Below are positions 16,250 to 24,062 of a stretch of DNA of 26,742 nt, in pieces. The notes beneath the pieces were generated by a model that saw only the letters and a list, made by a program, of their open reading frames with translations, was not told the origin of the DNA and ran no database searches. The first letter of the stretch is position 1; each line of letters starts with the position of its first letter. A program made the position numbers and the translations under genes. The stretch is from a virus (taxonomy: Duplodnaviria; Caudoviricetes): positions 1 through 26,742 of the IMG/VR virus record IMGVR_UViG_3300025277_000123; one strand, given 5' to 3'.

Positions 16250-16783
16250 CTACCGAGGCATTGGGAAGCTTTCGATCGGCACCAGGCTCTGGAGGAACTC
16301 GCTCACGAACGCCATATGCCAGGCTCTCGCTGACTCCATGAAGGAGAGCACGAAGCATTCCTCGGACAGAAGGTTCCAGAACGTCTCCTCTTCACTACTC
16401 AGCATACGACGGGAAGCGTCCGCGTGCTTCCACAACTCGTATGGACGCATCCCTATCCACTTCTCTATCCCGGCAATCTCAATGTCGTCTGGTAGTTCTC
16501 CGTCCTGCTCCAGCTCGAACAGGGCGTCTCCAACATAGGAGTTGACATCGCTGATCGATTCCAGCTGGAGCTCCTCAACAACCCAGGGGGGCTCTGTAAA
16601 CATGGCGTTGATTCCAATCATCAACAGCCTGAGCATGCTGCCGTCATCAATCATGGTTTCGATTTCGGTGGACGTTGAGTCGTAGAGACTGAACAGCCTC
16701 TTCACGGAGACCGGGAACCCGAGTCCTGACTGCAGGTCGATCTTATCGATCTTGGCGAGAAAGTAATCTACTTGGTTGTTCAT
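16250..16783 (-). CDS. Hypothetical acidic protein
   Basis: 177 aa, starting 4 nt after the stop of 16788-17204. Confidence 0.65.
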   Translation of the reverse strand: MNNQVDYFLAKIDKIDLQSGLGFPVSVKRLFSLYDSTSTEIETMIDDGSMLRLLMIGINAMFTEPPWVVEELQLESISDVNSYVGDALFELEQDGELPDDIEIAGIEKWIGMRPYELWKHADASRRMLSSEEETFWNLLSEECFVLSFMESARAWHMAFVSEFLQSLVPIESFPMPR

Positions 16784-16787
16784 AGTT

Positions 16788-17204
16788 CTACGATGGTGTG
16801 GCTGCGGCCGATATGGTTGTGATGGCTGTCCTGTTCACATACCCCATGACATTGACTACGTTGGCGCTGCCAGCATAGGCCGCAATGCGGCGACCTAAGG
16901 TGCCGTTCCCACGCAGTGGTTGACCAGGTAGTACAAGCATCCAACCAGCCTTTGGCGGGACGGTGAAGATAGTTCTCTGGTCCACGGCTGCAGTGGCTGT
17001 TGTCAGGTAGCCGATGTGCATCGTGACCTCTACTGGTGCGGCCGATGTATTGGTCATCCACAGCCAGACCTCGTCTTTGACGTTTGTAGACAAGGGCGTG
17101 TCGTGAATGAAGGACCCGTTCCCGCTCGTGTCCGTGATTTTGATTGGGTCGCCATCGCCTTCTGTGCCGCTTGGCGCCAGGTTCATTTTTCTATAGGAGG
17201 CCAT
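16788..17204 (-). CDS. DEVWLW-family beta-sandwich protein, copy 2 (paralog of 6582-6950)
   Basis: 'DEVWLWMTN', 'TVPPKAGWMLVLPG' and 'AYAGSANVVNVMGYVN' align with 'DEVWLWATN', 'TIPPDSGLVQVLPG' and 'AFAGVASKINLFGFVN'. Confidence 0.8.
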   Translation of the reverse strand: MASYRKMNLAPSGTEGDGDPIKITDTSGNGSFIHDTPLSTNVKDEVWLWMTNTSAAPVEVTMHIGYLTTATAAVDQRTIFTVPPKAGWMLVLPGQPLRGNGTLGRRIAAYAGSANVVNVMGYVNRTAITTISAAATPS

Positions 17205-17212
17205 GTGAATTC

Positions 17213-18571
17213 CTAAAAGTACGAGGCGTCGTCTTCAACTTCTCTGGGCCGATCGATCTCGATGACATCTCCCATCTTAGACCAGAGATAAGTACGAGTG
17301 CCCTTGTGCATCTTTCTCACTCTCTCGTAACCGAGAGAGCGCATGATTGTTCCGACACGCATTTCGGAAGGCTTGCTCATCTGGTACGGTTCCAGCTTGA
17401 GGCCCTCTTGCATAATCTCCTGGGTGGTGACCTGGCTCTGGTACCTTGTGTCCATCCAGACGACCAGTATCTCCTCCCACGGATCCTGCTGTCGGTACTC
17501 GTCCGAAACCTGCTGAAGGTCATCTTCCCGGTCATCCTGCAGCCACCAAGACTCATTGTTCCGATAGGCTACGACGGCCTCAGCCCACAGCTGTTCCCTG
17601 TTGGCGTTGAGCCAGTCCAGATTGACGGTGCCCACCTCGACCGGCCAGAAGCGGCGTGAGCCAGTCATGTCAGAGATGAAGGACTTCTCGTTGGTGGTGC
17701 CGCAGAACACGCAATGCCGCTTCTTAGTGACCGCGTGGCGGCCGTATGCTGGGCGGTAGGTGTCTTCTTGGGCGGACAGGAATGCCTTGGTGGCTGAGTT
17801 CGCGCTCTTCCGGATGGAGTCGAGCTCGGCCACCTCGTAGATCCAGGTGCGCTGAATCTGTGCGTAGGCGTTTGGCGAGCCGATATCCATCGGCGTATCG
17901 CAGAAGTACTGCTCGCCGGCCAGGGTGCGGAAGGCTGTGCTCTTTCTGGCGCCCTGCTTGCCGATCAAGATGAGCACGGTGTCTGCCTTGCAGCCAGGCT
18001 GCACGGCTCGGGCTACGGCCTGAATGAGCCATCGGCGAGCTACATCTCGATGCAGTTCATTGTCGGCCGCACCGACCCCCCGGATCAACCACTCAGAGAT
18101 GCGCGGCGTTCCATCCCAGATGCAAGAGTCCAACCACTCTATGAGTGGGTTTCGCTTGCGTTCTTCACCAATCAGCGATGCCACCTCGGTAACCAGGCCG
18201 GTGCTGAGTCTCATGTCGTACACCTTCTCAAGCCAGATGGCGATGCGGGTGTCGTCTGTATCTCTGTATTCCTGGTCGGCGAGCATCAGGACGTTTCTGA
18301 AGTCATCCTTCCAGACCTTCTTTTTCCAGCGTCGGTCGTGGGAAATGATGAGGTACGCGTTTCTCTTGGTGGGGCGAACGGCCTTGGTGCCGTCCTTGGT
18401 AGTCATCATCTGAAGCATAGACAGGACGCTGCTGCTGGCCTGCTCTTCCTGCCCAGCGCTGCCCGTGGGTTTACCATCCGGACCTACGGGTCCAGTGTCT
18501 ATCGCTGCCTCCATGAGCTCAACTAGAGTGGGGGCGTTTGCTTCGGTCAGGGTTTCGGACAGATCAGGCAA
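17213..18571 (-). CDS. VapE-like P-loop ATPase/replicative helicase
   Basis: Walker A 'GKQGARKST', Walker B 'IYEVAEL' and 'FCGTTN...DMTGSRRFWPV'. Likely TTG start at 18571 (GGAG RBS, overlapping the primase stop). Confidence 0.88.
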   Translation of the reverse strand: MPDLSETLTEANAPTLVELMEAAIDTGPVGPDGKPTGSAGQEEQASSSVLSMLQMMTTKDGTKAVRPTKRNAYLIISHDRRWKKKVWKDDFRNVLMLADQEYRDTDDTRIAIWLEKVYDMRLSTGLVTEVASLIGEERKRNPLIEWLDSCIWDGTPRISEWLIRGVGAADNELHRDVARRWLIQAVARAVQPGCKADTVLILIGKQGARKSTAFRTLAGEQYFCDTPMDIGSPNAYAQIQRTWIYEVAELDSIRKSANSATKAFLSAQEDTYRPAYGRHAVTKKRHCVFCGTTNEKSFISDMTGSRRFWPVEVGTVNLDWLNANREQLWAEAVVAYRNNESWWLQDDREDDLQQVSDEYRQQDPWEEILVVWMDTRYQSQVTTQEIMQEGLKLEPYQMSKPSEMRVGTIMRSLGYERVRKMHKGTRTYLWSKMGDVIEIDRPREVEDDASYF

Positions 18572-19589
18572 TGGTTCGCTCCAGTGGAAGCCTGTAGACT
18601 TTGCGTGGCGCCAAGGTCTTGGCAATCGTGCTGGCGTATTCGTCGCCCTGTTCGTCAGGGTCGCACCCGATGTAGATGGTTGCGTTGTCTGGCACGTTCA
18701 AACGGGAAAGTGAGGAGAAAGATCCGGAGGCACCGGAGATAATAGCGAGTTTGGTGTTGGCCTTTGCGGCTTCGGAACAGGCCATGATGAGATCAGTGAT
18801 GCCTTCGCAGATGAGAAGGCCTTGTAGATCCTTTGTAGCGCTGCCTTTCATCAGCATCATCCCTTCGCGGTTGGCCATAAAAAGACCGCCAGCCTCGACA
18901 CCTAACGGCCACCTGGTCTTCGGGGCATCTTTCCGATCAAAAACTGATCTGGCGTGAATGCTGGCAAAGGTGCCGTCGATTTCAAAGGCCGGCACGATGA
19001 GCTTCCACTGAGAACTCCATCGTCTTGGCCACCAGTCTGGCCAGGTGTATTGGTTTGGGTCCGGTAGTACGCGGGCCACGCCTGACTTGATGAGTGAGGG
19101 GATGTCGAACTGTCGTCGTTCAAGGAACCGCAGCACTGCGGTGTCTGTGTTTGAGCCAGTGAGCGTCTCGATCTTTCGGCTGGCAGACCACAAGGCGATG
19201 ACCTCTTCTTGACTTGGCCGTTGCCTCTTTCTGGGTTCTCGTCGTTGTGGCTGCGTCACCGGTGTGCCGTTGGTTTGTTCTTCAATCCATCCACTCTGGA
19301 GGAACCACTCTTTCACAGATCGCTTCTTTTCTGCGGTGAGATTCCTCAGCCTGTCGCCCTCCATCTTGATGGCCACCAGATCAATAGCATCACCACCTGA
19401 ACCGCAAGCGTGGCACTTCCAGGCGCGGTCATCCCTCGTCACACCGACGGGACCGCGCTTGTCGTTGCTGCCGCGTGTCTCTGCGCCACAGTGGGGGCAT
19501 GGTCCGAATGACCTACCGCGCTTCGGTGCTAAACCGACAGCTGTAGCTATGGTGCCAAGCGGCACCTCTTTTGCAGATTGAATCCACAT
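18564..19589 (-). CDS. DNA primase (N-terminal Zn finger plus TOPRIM)
   Basis: Zn finger 'CPHC...WKCHACGSGGDAIDLV'. TOPRIM 'LLICEGITD' and 'IGCDPDEQG' (DxD). Confidence 0.85.
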   Translation of the reverse strand: MWIQSAKEVPLGTIATAVGLAPKRGRSFGPCPHCGAETRGSNDKRGPVGVTRDDRAWKCHACGSGGDAIDLVAIKMEGDRLRNLTAEKKRSVKEWFLQSGWIEEQTNGTPVTQPQRREPRKRQRPSQEEVIALWSASRKIETLTGSNTDTAVLRFLERRQFDIPSLIKSGVARVLPDPNQYTWPDWWPRRWSSQWKLIVPAFEIDGTFASIHARSVFDRKDAPKTRWPLGVEAGGLFMANREGMMLMKGSATKDLQGLLICEGITDLIMACSEAAKANTKLAIISGASGSFSSLSRLNVPDNATIYIGCDPDEQGDEYASTIAKTLAPRKVYRLPLERTIA

Positions 19590-19626
19590 GGTGTCTCCGC
19601 GGAGGATTCGAAGACTGACGCGAAAG

Positions 19627-19911
19627 TCAGCCAGCCATTTCCACGGAGTAGGTGAGCTCTCCAGTATGACTAATGGTAAAGCTCATCTGGATTCCGGTTT
19701 CTGCCTTTGCGCGCCTTGCGTAAGCGACCATCGTGTCCATCATGGGCGGGGGCCTGTTGCCCTTCATCATGTGCCATAGCGCTGTGTGACTCGTGCCGAG
19801 GACTCTGGCCACTGGGCGAATGCCGCCACCTAGCGATTCGACAAGAGCATCGAGCGCGGGCTTAGTGTCCACGCGTTCTTTTTGGTCTACATATTTCCTG
19901 CTATGTCCCAT
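19627..19911 (-). CDS. HTH DNA-binding protein (XRE-like)
   Basis: HTH pattern 'GGIRPVARVLGTSHTALWHMMKGNRPP'. Confidence 0.75.
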   Translation of the reverse strand: MGHSRKYVDQKERVDTKPALDALVESLGGGIRPVARVLGTSHTALWHMMKGNRPPPMMDTMVAYARRAKAETGIQMSFTISHTGELTYSVEMAG

Positions 19912-19914
19912 GAT

Positions 19915-20301
19915 CTATCCTTGGAATAAATTGTAAATAGGTCGTTTGTTTGTGCTGTCTTCGGAGCGTGTGGCCATGAGTGTCACCTCGCCGGCATCGT
20001 CTCCGTTGTCGTTGCGCACGCTCTTGCAGATCGAGAGCGTCTCTCCGAGGTTGAACTCCTCATCACTGTCTGGAAGTTCCATGACGATTTGATCGAAGGC
20101 CAGGTCAATCATCGGAACGATGTTCGTGTGAACGCCTGTGGCGCCACAGTATTCGTAATGCCCGATGCCCTGATCCTCAAAGTCTAAGGAGCTATTGTCA
20201 AGTACGGCCCAGAGCTCATCAAGTACCTGGTCGCATACGTCACGCTCGTAGTTCTCGTCGTATTCAACGAGCAGTGGTCGGGGGGCTGCGCTTCGCTTCA
20301 T
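19915..20301 (-). CDS. Hypothetical acidic protein
   Basis: 128 aa with GAGGA RBS, first gene after the promoter at 20331-20359. Confidence 0.75.
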   Translation of the reverse strand: MKRSAAPRPLLVEYDENYERDVCDQVLDELWAVLDNSSLDFEDQGIGHYEYCGATGVHTNIVPMIDLAFDQIVMELPDSDEEFNLGETLSICKSVRNDNGDDAGEVTLMATRSEDSTNKRPIYNLFQG

Positions 20302-20330
20302 GTCTGTTCCTCGTGTTGTGTGCTGTAGCC

Positions 20331-20359
20331 AATGTAGGCAACTGCCTGCTGCCTGTCAA
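20331..20359 (-). promoter_or_regulatory. Sigma70-type promoter TTGACA-N17-TACATT for the primase-VapE replication unit
   Basis: -35 at 20354-20359, -10 at 20331-20336 and an exact 17-nt spacer, all within a 65-bp intergenic gap. Confidence 0.8.
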
Positions 20360-20366
20360 GGCAACG

Positions 20367-21254
20367 TCACTCGTTGAGAGTTTTTTGATGTCCGCGGAAC
20401 AATGGCGCCACAAATTTGAGAGCTTGCTCCTTCGCTTTGTGGGCCCCGTACATGGCGGCAGGCCTTGACCAGAGACGAGACAGGAGCCTCCACTCTGTGG
20501 GGTAATCGATCCACCTGTCCTCTGGTTGGTACAGCTGGGCATGAGGAATACAGTCGAGTTCCCACACCCGCTCGAGGCGGCTGGTCGCCTTCTCTATGGT
20601 GTCGTTGCCGAAGCCAATGAGGGTGTAGACCCGGAGCCTCTTCATGGAGACGTCACTGAGGATCTCTCTCGCCTTCTCCAGGTGGTGGATGGCCAGCTTG
20701 GTGTCGGCCGCGAGGAAGATCTGTCCGAGCCTGATGGTCTGTACCTGTTCTGCAAACCAGGGATTGACCAGGCGACAGTCGATGCCGCCGGCGAACTCAA
20801 TGCGTTCTGACTGGTTCCGCAACATCTCGAACACTCCGGCCTGGTGAGCTCTTGAGGCCTGCAGGAAGTTGTTGTCCTGGATTATCCAACCAGGCGGATA
20901 GTCTGGTATCTCAACGATGCGTCCTTCCCGAGCTGGGACCCGACACCATGGACACTTTCTGTTGCAGCCCCGTGTTGTGAATGTCACGCCTTCCTTGATG
21001 TACTTGCCCGGAACAAACTTCCCTTGCTCCTCATCAAAGGCGGGGCCGCCAATCTTGACGACGGGGTAGTGGGCTGCCCATGCTCTCTGGAGCCTCTTGC
21101 CTTTCTCGATGTCCCAGGTGAATGCCACGGAGACATGCACCTCACTCACGACCGATGGGTCAGGTCTGAACATGGGCGGGTCGCCGACGAATGCCAACGC
21201 ATCCTTCGGGGTGTGGGAGTTGCGCCTTGGGAATACCCGGATGAGTTTCTTCAT
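20367..21254 (-). CDS. Radical SAM protein
   Basis: CX3CX2C motif 'TTRGCNRKCPWC', plus 'QDNNF' and 'FAGGID'. N-terminal 'VHVSVAFTWD...KIGGPAF' resembles a truncated B12-binding-type domain. Start set at ATG 21254. Confidence 0.88.
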   Translation of the reverse strand: MKKLIRVFPRRNSHTPKDALAFVGDPPMFRPDPSVVSEVHVSVAFTWDIEKGKRLQRAWAAHYPVVKIGGPAFDEEQGKFVPGKYIKEGVTFTTRGCNRKCPWCRVPAREGRIVEIPDYPPGWIIQDNNFLQASRAHQAGVFEMLRNQSERIEFAGGIDCRLVNPWFAEQVQTIRLGQIFLAADTKLAIHHLEKAREILSDVSMKRLRVYTLIGFGNDTIEKATSRLERVWELDCIPHAQLYQPEDRWIDYPTEWRLLSRLWSRPAAMYGAHKAKEQALKFVAPLFRGHQKTLNE

Positions 21255-21259
21255 CGCCC

Positions 21260-22246
21260 CTACTTCTCTGAACCAGTGTCGCACATCCCCCAGCGCACAC
21301 AGCCCTGATGGCCTGTCGGGTCAGTGAAGAGTTCTACCTGGTTCATGCTCCCGCCTCGAGTGGTGCGAGCCCACTTGATCACCTTGTCGATAGGCCAGCC
21401 ATCACCCGCACGCTTTCCCGTCTTCGCGTCAGTTCTGGAGATCGGATTCTGGAACCAGGTAGGGGGATGATATCCGAGAGACTCGAAGGTCTCACCCTTG
21501 TCGGCATATCGAGCCGCGGCCATATCCATAACGACCTCTTCGAGCTCGCCAAGAATGCTTAGGCGTTCTGGCGTGAAGTCGCTCATGGCCCGCAGCTCCG
21601 CCTTTCTAGCAAAGATGCATGGGTAACAGCCTACCCTGGTCGATCCTTGCTCAAGGTAGAGTCGGCAGGGGCGCACCCCGTGGCGCTGGTGGATAGCGAT
21701 GACATCCTCTTCCGACCAGTCGATCAGTGGGCGCCAGACATCACACTTGAAGGTTCCGCTGTGTTCCCATTCCAGCATGAGAGACCGGGCGGCACTCTCC
21801 TGGGCCCGGATGCCCACGACATTGACCACTTGGCCCTCGCGCTCAAGGAGGTAATCCCTTGCCGGGAAGACCTTGAGGCCTTGAGTACACCACCGCCTGA
21901 CGCGAGAGGGAAACATTCCCTTCTTCAGACAGAGCCGCACCATCGAGGAATACTCCACTCCAAGCATCTTCTCGAAATGCTCTGCGATTGGAACCAACTC
22001 TTCCTTGAGGTCGATCTTGGCTTGAAGCCTGGTCACGGGCCCCACGACAGCTGGGAGATCGTTCTCTACATACTCATAGAGCAGGTCGTGTTCCCATCCA
22101 GTATCGAAGAAGATGCGGTCGTACTCGTCAGGCTCGAAGCCCAACTCCATGAGGTACAGGCAGCAGGCCGTGGAGTCCTTGCCACCGCTGACAGAGACAA
22201 CCAAGCGTCGTCCTGCGAGGATGTCATTGAGTTCTGTGCGTGTCAT
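21260..22246 (-). CDS. PAPS reductase/DndC-like PP-loop protein with Cys motifs
   Basis: PP-loop 'SVSGGKDS', plus 'FFDTGWE', 'RWCTQGLK', 'GIRAQESAAR', 'RVGCYPC' and C-terminal 'GCVRWGMC'. Confidence 0.9.
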   Translation of the reverse strand: MTRTELNDILAGRRLVVSVSGGKDSTACCLYLMELGFEPDEYDRIFFDTGWEHDLLYEYVENDLPAVVGPVTRLQAKIDLKEELVPIAEHFEKMLGVEYSSMVRLCLKKGMFPSRVRRWCTQGLKVFPARDYLLEREGQVVNVVGIRAQESAARSLMLEWEHSGTFKCDVWRPLIDWSEEDVIAIHQRHGVRPCRLYLEQGSTRVGCYPCIFARKAELRAMSDFTPERLSILGELEEVVMDMAAARYADKGETFESLGYHPPTWFQNPISRTDAKTGKRAGDGWPIDKVIKWARTTRGGSMNQVELFTDPTGHQGCVRWGMCDTGSEK

Positions 22247-23091
22247 CGTCCTTCCCTAACTTGTCGGAACAAAGGCGCGTCGCCCCTGATTCGTCTGCGA
22301 GCTTCTTCTGCGTACTCTTCGTTGAGCTCATAGCCCAGGAAGTTTCTGCCCAGCCTGTTCGCCACCAGGCCGGTGGTGCCAGCGCCGGCGAATGGATCGA
22401 GCACCAGGTCTCCGACTGCACTCCCGGCCTTGATGCAGCGCTCTGCCAGCAGCTCCGGCATGACCGCTTGATGGCTTCCTGCGTACCTGGCCACAGGCAT
22501 GGACCAGACATCTCTCGGTCGGCGGCCGTCGAGCTCGTCAGCGTTGTACACGCGCCCGCTGTAGGTGTCGTTGCCGCTCTGCTTGTGCCCGCCAAAGCCA
22601 GCTGTGATGGTGGCGTTCGGATGCTTGAGTGGTTCAAGCACAGCCTGCATATCGAAGTAGTAGTCGTGCTGCTTGGCAAAGAGAAAGATGTATTCGTGCG
22701 ATGGCGTGAAACGATTGGTGACGCCACCTCCTGCAGGGATGGGATTGGTCTTGTGCCAGATGATGTCGGAGCGCAATATCCAGCCACGGCGCTTGAGTTC
22801 AAGAGCCACGCGCCACGGCATGCCAACCAACTCCTTGTTGTGGTATCCGTCTCCGATGTTCAGCCACAGCGTTCCGTCGTCTGTGAGGATGTTCCCGACT
22901 ATGTCCAGCCTGTTGGCCAGTTGGTAGACGTATTCATTCCTGGTCTGGTCAGCGCCGAGCTCGCCATCGGTTCCATAGTTCCGTTGGTTCCAGTAGGGCG
23001 GGCTCGTCACGCAGCACCTGGCCGCGTTGGTAGATGATTCTGTAAGGTTCTGGCAGTCTCCATGGATTACTGCAGCCCACGTTTCAGGCAT
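22243..23091 (-). CDS. N4/N6 DNA methyltransferase (beta class, SPPY; probably N4-cytosine)
   Basis: Catalytic 'VTSPPYW' precedes SAM-binding 'VLDPFAGAGTT', with 'IIWHK.NP' between. Start at ATG 23091 with GGAG RBS. Confidence 0.93.
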   Translation of the reverse strand: MPETWAAVIHGDCQNLTESSTNAARCCVTSPPYWNQRNYGTDGELGADQTRNEYVYQLANRLDIVGNILTDDGTLWLNIGDGYHNKELVGMPWRVALELKRRGWILRSDIIWHKTNPIPAGGGVTNRFTPSHEYIFLFAKQHDYYFDMQAVLEPLKHPNATITAGFGGHKQSGNDTYSGRVYNADELDGRRPRDVWSMPVARYAGSHQAVMPELLAERCIKAGSAVGDLVLDPFAGAGTTGLVANRLGRNFLGYELNEEYAEEARRRIRGDAPLFRQVREGR

Positions 23092-23596
23092 GTTGTATGT
23101 CTCCGGAGAACAGTTGGAGGGTTGAGTTGATTGCCAGTTCTGCTGGCGGCATGTCTGCGGGCAACAGCTGGAGCGCAATGAGGCCCAGGTCTTTGGTCTT
23201 GCCCACTTCCTTGAATCCTGCCCGCCTATAGCACCGGCCGAAGTCCCGCTTCTTGCGGACCTTGCGTGGGTCTACGAAGGTGATCATGCCGAGCTCTGGC
23301 GGGTCTCCCCACACAGCACGGGTAGCGGCGATGGCCTCGAGTATGAGCTCACTGGAGAGGCCGGCGCCCTCGTTCCGGAACAATGAGTTCACCCAGGCGC
23401 CAGCCCATGCGTGCTTGGTGTACTCCGGAAAGGGCCAGGACGTGACCCACAGCGCCTTGGCGGGAGCTCCTGCCAAGAGCACGACGCACCGACCAGGCGG
23501 GACGAACTGCGAGCTTCCAACCTTCTGTCGGTTGTAGTGCCTATCGGCTAACGGCAACGCTTCCTTGTCGGCGCGGCTGGATACTCGCCACCTCAC
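23084..23596 (-). CDS. Mom-like GNAT-fold putative DNA modification protein
   Basis: 'ADRHY', 'FRNEG..LSSELI..A', 'MITFVD' and 'GRCYRRAGFKEVGKT' parallel the HY...ES..I...S(F/Y)AD...G.IY.A.NF...G pattern of Mu Mom-family proteins. Recognised by eye. Confidence 0.65.
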   Translation of the reverse strand: MRWRVSSRADKEALPLADRHYNRQKVGSSQFVPPGRCVVLLAGAPAKALWVTSWPFPEYTKHAWAGAWVNSLFRNEGAGLSSELILEAIAATRAVWGDPPELGMITFVDPRKVRKKRDFGRCYRRAGFKEVGKTKDLGLIALQLLPADMPPAELAINSTLQLFSGDIQHA

Positions 23597-23661
23597 ATCG
23601 CCTGCTCAAGCAGCCAGGTCACGGCAAACCAGAGGACCAACAAGATTAAAACTTCTTTCAT
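23593..23661 (-). CDS. 22-aa hydrophobic micropeptide MKEVLILLVLWFAVTWLLEQAM (not in the ORF track)
   Basis: ATGA overlap with the upstream stop and GTGA overlap with the Mom-like start. GGGGA RBS. It fills the gap exactly and forms a single TM-like helix. Confidence 0.7.
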   Translation of the reverse strand: MKEVLILLVLWFAVTWLLEQAM

Positions 23662-24059
23662 GCGTCCCCCACCGGGCCTGCTTGGTCTACGAGGGCGCGT
23701 TGGTATTCAAGGGCTTCGTTCGCTTCCTGCTTCCTCTCCTCTTGTTTCGCTTTCCGAACCCTTGCAACCAGGTTCTCTTGCCACTGGTACTTGATCGACG
23801 GGAGCAGCGCACACACGCTGGGGTCTCGCGGATCCCCATGGTGCCTGAGGCAGTAGTGCAGGAAGTCTTCCGCCATTTCCCATGGGTCTTCCGGCAGATC
23901 AGCCAGGCCACAGTAGTCTCGCCAGATTTCCTCGTAGGCGTCATCGTCCTGAATCTCGTGCCGTGCATCGCGAATGCCTGGGCCAAAGGCTACGCCGGTG
24001 GTGTTGCAGTAGAACACTGCGATTCCCTTTCGCTTGTCGTGTAGAACATCAATCGCCAT
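23658..24059 (-). CDS. Hypothetical protein
   Basis: 133 aa, 3 nt after the helicase stop, with a C-terminal charged helix. Confidence 0.7.
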   Translation of the reverse strand: MAIDVLHDKRKGIAVFYCNTTGVAFGPGIRDARHEIQDDDAYEEIWRDYCGLADLPEDPWEMAEDFLHYCLRHHGDPRDPSVCALLPSIKYQWQENLVARVRKAKQEERKQEANEALEYQRALVDQAGPVGDA

Positions 24060-24062
24060 GAT

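Noticed and set aside
21260-22246. Canonical Dnd phosphorothioation system, or sulfate-assimilation cysH auxiliary gene
   Set aside because: No DndA/B/D/E, Ssp or cys genes are present in the window. The context points to a different phage DNA-modification role, so no gene symbol was assigned.
22240-23037. 265-aa + strand ORF antisense to the MTase, and similar ORFs at 21647-22333, 24166-24729, 24423-25019 and 3595-4155
   Set aside because: They lie antisense to genes with clear motifs and have no recognisable domain. They are typical shadow ORFs of GC-rich coding DNA.
22243-23091. Restriction-modification system
   Set aside because: No cognate endonuclease is recognisable next to the MTase, so it is treated as an orphan phage MTase.
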